This document shows, one piece after another, positions 1 through 9,997 of a stretch of 64,000 bases of DNA (its first letter is position 1; every line of letters begins with the position of its first letter). A program made the translations under genes and the position numbers. Where the stretch lies: assembly GCA_002713365.1 (NCBI GenBank), contig PASR01000014.1, forward strand, positions 69,309 to 133,308, in the 5' to 3' direction. Source of the stretch: Rhodospirillaceae bacterium (GTDB lineage Bacteria; Pseudomonadota; Alphaproteobacteria; UBA6615). Under the pieces are notes generated by a model. It was not told the origin of the DNA, ran no database searches, and saw nothing but the letters and a program-made list of their open reading frames with translations.

Positions 1-446
1 CCAGCAAAGCTGGCAGTGGCGCTAAGAAAACGCGTTGCCAGAGAGCGCAGATCGATTTGCTCAAAAATTGCTGCGATGTCAGGTGGTTTATTAAGCCCTA
101 AGATTGTAGATGCCTTAGAAATAAGTATTTCAATGTTAGCTTGATAAGTATTAGCTACTAAGCTTACTTGTCCGATATTATCACTTATCAATTCAGCTAT
201 AATTGTAAGTCCAATTATAAGTGTAGCGATTGCTAAGGCCATAGATAAAGAAATTGGAATACGATAAGACCCTATCGGAATAAGATGAAATCCGCGGGCT
301 AAGGCATTTATTAGGTACCAAATCATTACTGATACAGCTATTGGAATCAATAAGTCCCGCCCCTCTATTAAGAGAACGAATGTTAGGGCTAAAATAAGTA
401 TGGTTGAGGCAAACGCGATAGCTTTACTTGATACTCCTTCGCGCAT
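1..446 (-). CDS. AI-2E (PerM) family transporter, partial (runs off left edge)
   Basis: Not in ORF track. Manual translation from ATG at 446, preceded by AGGAGG RBS: MREGVSSKAIAFASTILILALTFVLLIEGRDLLIPIAVSVMIWYLINALAR...; hydrophobic N-terminus with the LLIP-x-A pattern typical of AI-2E; frame open to the window edge. Confidence 0.75.
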   Translation of the reverse strand, partial: MREGVSSKAIAFASTILILALTFVLLIEGRDLLIPIAVSVMIWYLINALARGFHLIPIGSYRIPISLSMALAIATLIIGLTIIAELISDNIGQVSLVANTYQANIEILISKASTILGLNKPPDIAAIFEQIDLRSLATRFLSATASFA

Positions 447-629
447 AAAATCCTCCTTCTAATAATTCTACTGCTATCTTTAACATAAACATATAGACTT
501 TGGCTTCATTAACAAAGAATATCTATTCTAACTCTTATTATAGTATGCATCTGAAAAATGTTTGGTATTGACAAAATATTATGAAATAAAGGTGCGTTAA
601 TATAGTTAATTAATCAAATAATAAGCTTA

Positions 630-1217
630 ATGGGAGATTTAACCTTGACGAAGCATTTAGAAGGTTCGCGTTTAGAAAGAGTAGAAAGAGAAGATTGTCC
701 AGAAGAGTATTTAGAAGCTTGGGATGAAATTTTACGTACTCGTGGTATGGATGTGATGCCTAATGTATTCTCTTTGCTTGCCAATAGTCCTGGTGCTATG
801 TCGGTCGTAACACCGGTAGGGGCACATGTACGTTATAATACCGATTTCGATAATTTACTCCGAGAGTTAGTAATTCTCACTGTAGCTCAGGAATTAAATT
901 GTGAATACGAGTGGAAGCATCACTGGCGGGTGGCTGAAAAAGCCGGAGCAACTGACGAATTATTAAAAAAAATCGGTACGGTAGAAATTGAATCCGAACC
1001 AAATTCTATAGGGATAGCAGTTCGTTATGCACGTATGTTGACAAATAACGAGAATATTGACGACAATTTAGTTGAAACTCTAAAAGAAAGTTTTGGAGTT
1101 ACTGGGTTTGTAGACCTAACGATTATGATAGGTTATTATGGTATGCTAGCTCGTTTCATAAATACTGCTATTATTCCAGTAGAAAGTGGTTATGAAAATA
1201 TAACTTTTAATAAGTAA
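630..1217 (+). CDS. Carboxymuconolactone decarboxylase / AhpD-like family protein
   Basis: LRELVILTVA...CEYEWKHH and DLTIMIGYYGMLAR motifs; true start may be TTG at 645 after GGGAG. Confidence 0.75.
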   Translation: MGDLTLTKHLEGSRLERVEREDCPEEYLEAWDEILRTRGMDVMPNVFSLLANSPGAMSVVTPVGAHVRYNTDFDNLLRELVILTVAQELNCEYEWKHHWRVAEKAGATDELLKKIGTVEIESEPNSIGIAVRYARMLTNNENIDDNLVETLKESFGVTGFVDLTIMIGYYGMLARFINTAIIPVESGYENITFNK

Positions 1218-1333
1218 AATTTCGTATTATTTAGCTTAATTAAATTTCATAAAATAGATCTTACAAGGTTTGGTTAATTATTAAAAATAGAGAATTTTAC
1301 TCGACTTGTTTATAGACTAGAAGGAGAGAACCC

Positions 1334-2581
1334 ATGGTAAAAGTCATGGTACAAATGTATCCAGTAGTCCGTGCAGAAAGTACAGAAGAACGTAAAAAAC
1401 TACGTCCGCTTGGAAGAAATAAAGAGAGGTTTCAAGAGGCTATGGATGGTATGCCTGATATACTCCGGGCAATGGACGACCTAGGAGTATGGGGTGTTTC
1501 GTCTATAGAGCATCACTTTCATTCTGAGGGTTATGAAGTAGGCCCGTCGATAGGTCTGAATACGGGATACTGGGCTGGGCTTACTAAGAATGTAAGAGTT
1601 GGTAGTTTGGGTTATGTAATGTCTGTAGATGATCCAATTCGGGTTGCAGAAGAAACTGCGACATTAGATCATATCACCAAAGGCCGTTGTTTTGTTGGCT
1701 TTGCGAGAGGATACCAGTCGCGCTGGACAAATGTTCTCGGGCAAAAGATAGGAAGTGTTGCAACATTATCTGATGGAAGTGATGCTGATGAACACAACCG
1801 TAAGATTTTTGAAGAACAAGTTGATTTAGTTCAAAAAGCGTGGACTGAAGAATCCTTTGATTATAAGAGTGATCTTTGGGAGTATCCATATCCTCATGAT
1901 GAAGGCCTGGAAGGATGGTTTATGGGAGATATAACCAGACAGTTAGGAGCTCCTGGAGAAATGGATGATGAAGGCAAGTTACGCAAAATTTGTGTAGTGC
2001 CATCGCCTTATACAGACCCACATCCCCCAGTATTTATCGCTAGTAATGCTAGCGTAGAAACAGTTGAATACGCAGGCAAACGAGGCTTCGTACCTTGCTA
2101 TTTCTCGAGCATTGGAAGGTGTTCAAGCTATGGTCCTCGCTATACGGAAGTAGCTAATCAAAATGGATATAATTTTGCCCATGGCCAAAACCAAGCTATT
2201 GTTCGTTGGCCCCACATTGGTGCTACTGAAGACGAAGGCGCACAAATGGCAATGGATTGGAGTAGCGATATTTTTATGAACTTTTATGGCCCATTATTCC
2301 CAGAATGGGCCGAAAAGGGACAGGGGACTACCTCTCGCGCAGAAATATTAGAGTTGATGGATAAAACTGGGCTATTTCAATATGGTACCGTTTCGCAGGT
2401 TCGAGACTATTATATTGATCAATGGAAGCAGCTTCCTGCAGAATATATTACTTTGATCTATCATTATGCTCAAACCCCTAAACAAGATATGATTGATCAG
2501 TTAAAGATTTTTATGGAGGAGGTTAAGCCAGCCCTCGATGAGTTAACTGAATACCCTGATCTTGATCAGGCAGCTGAATAA
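1334..2581 (+). CDS. LLM-class (luciferase-like) flavin-dependent oxidoreductase
   Basis: IEHHF, DPIRVAEETATLDH...GR..VGFARGYQ, PSPYTDPHPP motifs; AGGAG RBS. Confidence 0.9.
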   Translation: MVKVMVQMYPVVRAESTEERKKLRPLGRNKERFQEAMDGMPDILRAMDDLGVWGVSSIEHHFHSEGYEVGPSIGLNTGYWAGLTKNVRVGSLGYVMSVDDPIRVAEETATLDHITKGRCFVGFARGYQSRWTNVLGQKIGSVATLSDGSDADEHNRKIFEEQVDLVQKAWTEESFDYKSDLWEYPYPHDEGLEGWFMGDITRQLGAPGEMDDEGKLRKICVVPSPYTDPHPPVFIASNASVETVEYAGKRGFVPCYFSSIGRCSSYGPRYTEVANQNGYNFAHGQNQAIVRWPHIGATEDEGAQMAMDWSSDIFMNFYGPLFPEWAEKGQGTTSRAEILELMDKTGLFQYGTVSQVRDYYIDQWKQLPAEYITLIYHYAQTPKQDMIDQLKIFMEEVKPALDELTEYPDLDQAAE

Positions 2582-2603
2582 ATTTATATAACAATTTTAT
2601 TAC

Positions 2604-2633
2604 GGGTGGCAGATACTAACTGCCACCCTTTTT
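2604..2633 (+). terminator. Rho-independent terminator
   Basis: GGGTGGCAG-atactaa-CTGCCACCC followed by TTTTT, just after the LLM stop. Confidence 0.8.
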
Positions 2634-2661
2634 ATTACCAGATCTATTTGAGATTTATCTA

Positions 2662-4251
2662 ATGCTCCATTCCACTTTTTCTAGTAACGGTATGGTTGTA
2701 GCTCCGCACCATCTTGCCGCTGATGCGGGGTTAAACATATTACGTGATGGTGGAAATGCCATTGAAGCTATGATCGCAGCGGCTTCCACTATATCGGTTG
2801 TATATCCGCATATGAACTCAATAGGCGGAGATGGTTTTTGGTTAATTTCGTTACCTTCATCAGAAGTTATAGCTATTGATGCTTGCGGCCCTGCTGCCCA
2901 ATCGGCAGATAAAAGTTTCTATTTAAGTAATGGTTACAATAAAATCCCAACTCGAGGACCTCATGCAGCTTTAACGACTGCTGGAACCATATCTGGTTGG
3001 CAATCAGCCTTAGAAATTTCTATTGCATCGGGAGGAAAAATTCCTCTTAGTAGATTGTTGGAATATGCAATTGCTTATGCAAGGCGTGGCGTGTCCGTAA
3101 CCTCTGGGCAAAGGCGTAATACTATTAGTAAATTAGATGAAATGAAAGATTCAATAGGATTTCATGAAAATTTTTTGAATTCAGGTGAAGTACCTGTATG
3201 TGGTGATTTATTTTATCAAAAACAACTATCAAATACTCTTGAACGTCTTGCTCATGCTGGACTTGATGATTTTTATCGTGGTGATTTAGCTAAATTAATT
3301 GCTGAGGACCTTTCTTCTATTGATAGCCCATTAAAAAGAACTGATTTAGAAAGCTATTATGCAACTATTAAAGAGCCTTTATCTCTTAAGTTAAGCTCGG
3401 GAACAATTTATAATATGCCACCCCCTACTCAAGGCCTGGCATCATTACTTATTCTTGGTGCTTTTGATAAATTATCTTGTTTAGAAGCTGATGGCTTTGA
3501 ATTTATTCATTTGCTAGTTGAAGCAACTAAACAGGCTTTCTCTATTAGAGATTTTCATATCACTGATCCAGACTATATGCAGACCAATCCAAATACTTTC
3601 TTACGTGATTCTGTAGTTAGCTCACTGGCAGATGCTATTGATCCTAACAAAGCGAGTGACTGGAAACGCGACGTTGATAAAGGAGATACTGTCTGGTTAG
3701 GGGCTATAGATAATAAGGGTATGGCCGTAAGTTTTATACAAAGTATTTATTGGGAGTTTGGTTCAGGAGTTGTTTTACCTCAGACAGGTATTACCTGGCA
3801 AAATAGAGGTTCAAGTTTTTCGCTTGTAGCAGGAGAACAGAATGAATTGAAACCTGGTCGCAAACCATTTCATACCTTAAATCCAGCATTAGCTAAGCTT
3901 AATGATGGTAGAATAATGTCATATGGTACTATGGGTGGTGAAGGTCAACCACAAACCCAGGCGGCTATTTTTGCACGACATATACTATTTGGTCAGGGTG
4001 TCCAAGAAGCGATTACTGCTCCTCGGTGGTTACTTGGAAGAACTTGGGGAGATGATAATAATAATTTAAAGTTAGAATCACGTTTTTCTCCAGAACTTAT
4101 AGCCGCCCTTAGAGATGCAGGGCACGATGTGGTTATAGTTGATCCATTTAGTGATTTAATGGGGCATGCTGGAGCATTAGTTCAAAATACAAATGGAATT
4201 ATTGAGGCGGGGTTTGATCCAAGAAGTGACGGCCGGGCTGCTGGTTTTTAA
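2662..4251 (+). CDS. Gamma-glutamyltransferase family Ntn-hydrolase, oxamate amidohydrolase (HpxW/YwrD)-like
   Basis: GMVVAPHHLA, GGNAIEA, YPHMNSIGGDGF, PPTQG, autocleavage GDTVW, QNRG, PFHTLNP, MGGEGQPQTQ, DPRSDG; no signal peptide. Confidence 0.88.
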   Translation: MLHSTFSSNGMVVAPHHLAADAGLNILRDGGNAIEAMIAAASTISVVYPHMNSIGGDGFWLISLPSSEVIAIDACGPAAQSADKSFYLSNGYNKIPTRGPHAALTTAGTISGWQSALEISIASGGKIPLSRLLEYAIAYARRGVSVTSGQRRNTISKLDEMKDSIGFHENFLNSGEVPVCGDLFYQKQLSNTLERLAHAGLDDFYRGDLAKLIAEDLSSIDSPLKRTDLESYYATIKEPLSLKLSSGTIYNMPPPTQGLASLLILGAFDKLSCLEADGFEFIHLLVEATKQAFSIRDFHITDPDYMQTNPNTFLRDSVVSSLADAIDPNKASDWKRDVDKGDTVWLGAIDNKGMAVSFIQSIYWEFGSGVVLPQTGITWQNRGSSFSLVAGEQNELKPGRKPFHTLNPALAKLNDGRIMSYGTMGGEGQPQTQAAIFARHILFGQGVQEAITAPRWLLGRTWGDDNNNLKLESRFSPELIAALRDAGHDVVIVDPFSDLMGHAGALVQNTNGIIEAGFDPRSDGRAAGF

Positions 4252-4282
4252 ATTTTAATGAGAAGATTTAGGAGTATTTATA

Positions 4283-5086
4283 ATGTCAGTAGAACTTTAT
4301 CATACCCATCATTCGACTTGTAGTCAGAAGGTAAGGATATGTTTAGCTGAAAAAAACATGCCTCATCCCAATAAAGATTGGGTCGCGCATGAAGTAGACT
4401 TGGGTAATTTCGAACATTTAACACCTGAATACCTTAAAATTAATCCTAACGGTGTAGTTCCAGCTTTTGTCCATGATGGAACAGTGATTATAGAATCTTC
4501 AGCAATTGTGGAATATATAGATGAAGTCTTTCCAGGTCCTAAAATGACACCTCAAGATGCTGTTGGACGAGCAAAGATGCGTTCTTGGATGCGGTATATT
4601 GAGGAAGTTCCTACAGTAGCGGTAAGGGTTCCATCCTTTGCCAATTTATTTGCTCCAATGCGTTATAGTGAATATTCAGATAAAAAATTTTCAGATCATG
4701 CTGAACGACTACCTTTAAGAAAACGTTTTTATCAGCGCATGACTAAAGAAGGTTTCGGAGCTGATGATGTAAATTATGCTAAAGGGCAGATAAGACAGAC
4801 ATGTGAAAGAATTGATCAAGCGATTGCTATTAATGGAGGCCCATGGATTATGGGCGAGCAGTTTACTATAGCAGATGCATTGGTTGCTCCTTTGATAGAT
4901 CGAATGGAAGATATGGGCTATTCATATATATGGGAGGATGATTTAAGGGAAATGGGAAACTGGTTTATTACATTAAAACAGAGGCCGTCTTTTCAGGCCA
5001 CATTTTATCCTGGAAGTCGTATCTCTGATCGTTATTCGGACCATTTTCGATTAGCAAAGGACATAGAAGCAGAACGGGGTTATTAA
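4283..5086 (+). CDS. Glutathione S-transferase family protein
   Basis: STCSQKVR, INPNGVVP, IESSAIVEYIDE, FTIAD motifs. Confidence 0.9.
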   Translation: MSVELYHTHHSTCSQKVRICLAEKNMPHPNKDWVAHEVDLGNFEHLTPEYLKINPNGVVPAFVHDGTVIIESSAIVEYIDEVFPGPKMTPQDAVGRAKMRSWMRYIEEVPTVAVRVPSFANLFAPMRYSEYSDKKFSDHAERLPLRKRFYQRMTKEGFGADDVNYAKGQIRQTCERIDQAIAINGGPWIMGEQFTIADALVAPLIDRMEDMGYSYIWEDDLREMGNWFITLKQRPSFQATFYPGSRISDRYSDHFRLAKDIEAERGY

Positions 5087-5152
5087 TTATCCATGTACCT
5101 TTTAAAGATAAAAATCGGTTTTGTTATCAATAATCATCTAGGAGACATCTAA

Positions 5153-5428
5153 TTGGCTGGTATGTTCTTAACCTTACTTGCAGTTGGATTCGGAATTTTC
5201 GTTCTGTTTATGGTGTGGTCGTTACTCAATCGAGGAGCTAAATCCCGGAGGGCGTCACTTGATCAGGATACTATTGATAATTCAGCTAGAGACCTTATGA
5301 GTAGATATGGAAACAAAGCGGATATGGAAGCTGAAAAACTATCAGAACAATGCCTTGCCATTGGTGATTTTGAAGGCGAGGCTGTATGGAAGTTAGTAAA
5401 AAAAGCAATTACTAGATTACAAACCTAA
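5153..5428 (+). CDS. Small membrane-anchored hypothetical protein
   Basis: AGGAG RBS; N-terminal hydrophobic helix plus a short helical C-domain (YGNKA...GDFEGEAVWKLVKKAI). Confidence 0.6.
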   Translation: MAGMFLTLLAVGFGIFVLFMVWSLLNRGAKSRRASLDQDTIDNSARDLMSRYGNKADMEAEKLSEQCLAIGDFEGEAVWKLVKKAITRLQT

Positions 5429-5458
5429 TAAAAGAATTTAAATAAATTATATATTTTT

Positions 5459-6853
5459 CTATGGGTAAATACCTAGCAAGCGCCCCCATAAATATTGCAG
5501 GGGCATAATAACAATTAATGCTATAATAAAATATAGTGCTAAAACACGGACACCAGCCCGCATTGGTACACCGCCGATTGCCATAGTTATTGCTACGGGG
5601 GGGGCTTGATGTGGCATGGGAAATATCATGAAGCTGGGGACTTCAGCGAGTAGTACTGATCTGAGTGGCCAACTCGTTGCTTGGGCAATAGAATCTGCGA
5701 AGGTTGTCATGATTGTGGCGGCCACAGGTGCAGTTGCAATTAGATTAATGGCTCCTCCGATTATGAAAATTTGATAGAAAGTCAAAAGTCCGCCATCTGA
5801 AGTTAGCGGTACATTTGTTAATAGCCACTCGCCTATACTGTCACCTAGACCCGTATGGCTAGCGATTGATCCCATTCCAATTACTCCGGCAATAAAGAAC
5901 CAAGGCCCATAATTAATATCAGTAGTTAAAACTTTTGATGGTAGAAGTCCGACAACCGGAATAATACAAATTAGGGCCACTCCCATTGCAATCCAAGCCG
6001 GAGATATTCCATGTATTGAATCTGTCATCCATAAGGCTAGGGCTATTAGTAAGATAATTAATAATCTTCGTTCGGCAACTGACCAATCAGTACTTTTTAT
6101 TTTTACATTATCACTTTTAGGTTTGGCACCGAACATTAAAGTGATCAACGTTGTCTGGATAAGCAAGCCTAACAATCCTAGAATAGGAAAATTTAGAACG
6201 GTATAGTCAAAATATGTAAAATTTATATCATGAACGCTTTCGGCAACTCCGGCAAAGGCCATACTGACTACAGTGGACGGGAGAATACCAAAAGCTGGGA
6301 TAGTCGAACCCATGCCAGCTGCTAAAATTAAACCAAACCGTGCGCGGCTATTTTCCAAAAACCCCAACCTATCGGCGAGGGCCATGGCCAGTGGAGCCAT
6401 TAGTACAGCACGTGCGGAAGCTGAAGGCATTAGGAAAGCCAGAATAACTCCAGCGAATGCTATACCTAAAGCCATTGCAAAATAATGAGCAGGTAATATT
6501 AGTTCCAGTGTTTCTACGGCCCTGGCTGCTAACCCTGAACGTTGTACAGCAATGGTGATCACCAGACCCCCAAAAACCAACCAAGTGGCGCTAGCATGAA
6601 AACCAGCAAAAACAACATTTGCCGGTGCAATATCAAGCATAACTGATACTAAAAACATAATCAGGGCGGTAATGTGAATAGGAATAGCACTGGTTGCCCA
6701 TAATCCAATACAAAATAAAATAATTCCGGTGGCCTGTAGAATTAATGGATCAGGAGACCACAGTGGTGCTGACAAAAAGATAACGCTAACCAGAGAAGCT
6801 GTTAAAGCTAGTATCTGTGTGAATCCGCTAGGCGAAGCTTTGGGCTGCGTCAT
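5459..6853 (-). CDS. SLC13/DASS family di-/tricarboxylate or anion permease
   Basis: Many TM segments; WLVFGG, MPSASAR, LWMTDSIHGISPAW, PHQAPP. Confidence 0.85.
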   Translation of the reverse strand: MTQPKASPSGFTQILALTASLVSVIFLSAPLWSPDPLILQATGIILFCIGLWATSAIPIHITALIMFLVSVMLDIAPANVVFAGFHASATWLVFGGLVITIAVQRSGLAARAVETLELILPAHYFAMALGIAFAGVILAFLMPSASARAVLMAPLAMALADRLGFLENSRARFGLILAAGMGSTIPAFGILPSTVVSMAFAGVAESVHDINFTYFDYTVLNFPILGLLGLLIQTTLITLMFGAKPKSDNVKIKSTDWSVAERRLLIILLIALALWMTDSIHGISPAWIAMGVALICIIPVVGLLPSKVLTTDINYGPWFFIAGVIGMGSIASHTGLGDSIGEWLLTNVPLTSDGGLLTFYQIFIIGGAINLIATAPVAATIMTTFADSIAQATSWPLRSVLLAEVPSFMIFPMPHQAPPVAITMAIGGVPMRAGVRVLALYFIIALIVIMPLQYLWGRLLGIYP

Positions 6854-7020
6854 ATTTTGTATTCCTAATAATTTAATCTAGAAATAGACTTTGTTAGACG
6901 TATTTTTGTTAATTCAAAGCATATAACATAATATACAAGAATATATATTAGTTTAAGGTTTATTGATCCTTTAGAATGAAAATGGAAATGGATTTTTAAT
7001 ATGAGTGGGGGAATTTTAAG

Positions 7021-9153
7021 ATGACAACCTCTGAAAATGTTAGTCCCGTTATTTTTAAAAAAAATGGTGAGATTGCTGTTTTAACTATTAATAACCCTCC
7101 AGTTAATGCACTGGCCAAAGAAGTACGTATTTCTCTGGCAAGTTGTCTAGAGTCTGCAAATCAGGATCCCGAGATTCTAGCTATAGTGTTACATGGTTCT
7201 GGAAGAAACTTGTGTGGCGGTGCTGACATACGAGAGTTCAATACACCAGATAGAGAAGTTCAACCTATGAGCCGTGATTTAATGAATCTTCTTGAAAAAT
7301 CAAATAAAATAATAGTAGCTGCAATACATGGTCCTACTCTTGGCGGAGGACTCGAATTGGCTTTAGGGTGTCACTACCGTGTAGCTGATAAGCTTGCTAG
7401 TATTGGTTTACCTGAGGTTCAACGTGGCGTTATTCCTGGAGCTGGTGGAACACAGCGTTTACCGAGATTAATAGGCCTTCAACCTGCCATAAAAATGATT
7501 ACATCAGGATTACCTATTAATGCTGTCGAAGCCTTAAATTTGGGCATTATTGATCTGCTTTCTAATGATGATTTGGTTCAAGATGCTATAGCCTTCGCAA
7601 GAAAACTTATAGCCAATAGTTCTAAACCAAGACGCATTAGTACAATGAAAATAGAAGGTGAAATAGAAGAAAATATAAAATTAATTGAAGAACATAAACT
7701 ATTATTAATGAAAGATAGTCCGGCATTATCTGCTCCAGTTTATGCTTTAGAAAGTATACATAATGCTATAACGATGCCGTTTGACGAAGGATGGAAGGCC
7801 GAGGCCGATTTGAGCCGTATAAGCATGGCTTCTGATCAGTCCCGGTCATTAGTTCACGCATTTTTTGCTGAAAGACAAGTTCATAAAATACCTGATATTT
7901 CATCTGATACTATTCTAAGGCCTATTAAAAAGGCCGCAATAATTGGTGCCGGCACTATGGGAGGCGGTATTGCTATGTCCTTTGTAAATGCAGGAATTCC
8001 TGTAGTTTTAATAGAAATGTCAAGTGAGAATTTAGCAAATGGGATGAGTAGAATAGAAGCAAATTATAAAGCATCAACTAAGCGTGGGCGTTTAAGTGAA
8101 GACGAAATGGCATCAAGGTTATCTAGAATCACTACGTCTACTAATTATGCGGACATTAGCGATTCTGACATAGTAATAGAGGCTGTTTATGAAGAAATGG
8201 ATGTAAAACGTATTGTTTTTAAAGAAATTGATCGTTTTGCGCGAGAGGATGCCATTCTTGCTACTAATACCTCAACCTTGAATGTGAATGAAATTGCACT
8301 TTTTACTACTAGACCAGAAAGTGTTCTGGGCACCCATTTCTTTAGTCCAGCAAATGTAATGAAGCTTTTAGAGATCGTTCGTGCTGATAGAACTTCTAAA
8401 GATATTGTGGCCTCTGTAATGGAAATGGCAAAAGAAATTAATAAAGTTGGGGTAGTCGTCGGAGTGTGTGATGGGTTTGTAGGGAATCGTATGTTAGCAC
8501 CATATTTTCGGCAAGGTGATTTTTTAGTTGAAGAAGGAGTAATGCCGCAAGATGTTGATAATGTTGTTGAAACATATGGATTTCGCATGGGGCCATTTCG
8601 GGTTTCAGATCTAGCAGGGTTAGATATTTCTTGGGCTATAGAAAAGCGCCGCGCAGAAACAAGACCGCTAGATGAAAGGTTTTCACCATTGCTTGATCGT
8701 ATTTGTCAACTTGGTAGATATGGACAAAAGACCGGGGCAGGATGGTATTTTTATGAGGAAGGCCGTAAAGCTATTCCTGACCCAGTCATCGAGGAAATTA
8801 TTTTTGCTAGATCACGTGAGATGTCTCTAAATCGCCGTACTATAGAAGATGATGAAATTTTGCAGAGATGTTTGTATTCAATGATAAACGAAGGGGCAAA
8901 GATTCTTGAAGAGGGGTTAGCTATACGGTCATCCGATATAGATGTTATATGGCTCCACGGATATGGTTTTCCTCGGCATCGTGGGGGGCCAATGTTTTAT
9001 GCAGATTTGGTCGGATTAAGAAATGTGTGTGATACGCTTGATAAATTTTATAGAGAATGGGGTGATAAGTGGGAGCCGTCTCATTTGCTTAGAAATTTAG
9101 CTGATGCCGGCTCCAGTTTTAGTGAGTGGGATAAAAAACAAATGGAAAAGTAA
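7021..9153 (+). CDS. Bifunctional enoyl-CoA hydratase / 3-hydroxyacyl-CoA dehydrogenase (PimF/FadB-like)
   Basis: NPPVNAL, GGGLELALGC, PEV..PGAGGTQRLPR, GAGTMG, ATNTS, HFFSPA. Confidence 0.93.
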   Translation: MTTSENVSPVIFKKNGEIAVLTINNPPVNALAKEVRISLASCLESANQDPEILAIVLHGSGRNLCGGADIREFNTPDREVQPMSRDLMNLLEKSNKIIVAAIHGPTLGGGLELALGCHYRVADKLASIGLPEVQRGVIPGAGGTQRLPRLIGLQPAIKMITSGLPINAVEALNLGIIDLLSNDDLVQDAIAFARKLIANSSKPRRISTMKIEGEIEENIKLIEEHKLLLMKDSPALSAPVYALESIHNAITMPFDEGWKAEADLSRISMASDQSRSLVHAFFAERQVHKIPDISSDTILRPIKKAAIIGAGTMGGGIAMSFVNAGIPVVLIEMSSENLANGMSRIEANYKASTKRGRLSEDEMASRLSRITTSTNYADISDSDIVIEAVYEEMDVKRIVFKEIDRFAREDAILATNTSTLNVNEIALFTTRPESVLGTHFFSPANVMKLLEIVRADRTSKDIVASVMEMAKEINKVGVVVGVCDGFVGNRMLAPYFRQGDFLVEEGVMPQDVDNVVETYGFRMGPFRVSDLAGLDISWAIEKRRAETRPLDERFSPLLDRICQLGRYGQKTGAGWYFYEEGRKAIPDPVIEEIIFARSREMSLNRRTIEDDEILQRCLYSMINEGAKILEEGLAIRSSDIDVIWLHGYGFPRHRGGPMFYADLVGLRNVCDTLDKFYREWGDKWEPSHLLRNLADAGSSFSEWDKKQMEK

Positions 9154-9161
9154 TACTATTA

Positions 9162-9929
9162 CTAAACGGTAATAGTAACTCCACCATCAATCACTATAGT
9201 TTGTCCTGTTATCCAGCCTCCAGCATTAGAAGCCAGGTAAACTGCTGCGCCAGAGATGTCTTCTGGTTTGCCAAAACGCTTAAGGGGTGTCGAAGCTATG
9301 CGTGGTTCCGCGTAATTTGGGTCCTCCCATAGTGCGCGAGCAAAGTCGGTCTTGACTAGACCAGGAGCTATACAATTAACACGAATATTTGAGGGTCCGA
9401 GTTCTATTGCCAGATTACGAGTCAACTGCATATCAGCAGCTTTAGAAATACCATAAGTTCCAATGACGTCTGAACCCCTGAGACCACCTATTGAAGAAAT
9501 GTAAATAATAGAACCATCTTTACGTTCTTTCATTCCAGGACTTACAAGTTGGGCGAGCCAAAGATTCGACTGAATATTAGTTTGCATTACCTTACTAAAT
9601 ATTTCGTCGGGGATTTTCATCGAAGATCCATAGTGTGGATTAATGGCGGCATTGCCAACAGCAATATCGACTTGTCCTAAGTTTTTAATAGTTTCTTCAA
9701 CAAGATTAATAAGTTGTGCTTTGTTCCCAACATTGCATGGAATTCCAATTACTTCATGGCCTTTACTTTTCATCAAATCTACGGTTTCTTGAACTCGGAC
9801 TTTATCACGGCTAGATACAACTACTTTTGCTCCGTGTTCAGCCAAAGAAATTGCAATAGCTTTACCAATTCCTTTAGTTGAACCTGTGACAATGGCTACT
9901 TTATCTGACAAATCAAACATATTTAGCAT
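9162..9929 (-). CDS. SDR oxidoreductase (DHRS4-like)
   Basis: TGSTKGIG, YGISKAA, VNCIAPGLVKTDFA. Confidence 0.92.
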   Translation of the reverse strand: MLNMFDLSDKVAIVTGSTKGIGKAIAISLAEHGAKVVVSSRDKVRVQETVDLMKSKGHEVIGIPCNVGNKAQLINLVEETIKNLGQVDIAVGNAAINPHYGSSMKIPDEIFSKVMQTNIQSNLWLAQLVSPGMKERKDGSIIYISSIGGLRGSDVIGTYGISKAADMQLTRNLAIELGPSNIRVNCIAPGLVKTDFARALWEDPNYAEPRIASTPLKRFGKPEDISGAAVYLASNAGGWITGQTIVIDGGVTITV

Positions 9930-9997
9930 GATAATTTCCCTTTATGGCTAAGGTAACACTGAATAAAGTATAGAGGAACACACTGGAGCTTAAACCT

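Noticed and set aside
568-600. TTGACA -35 upstream of the CMD-like gene
   Set aside because: No credible -10 at 16-18 nt spacing
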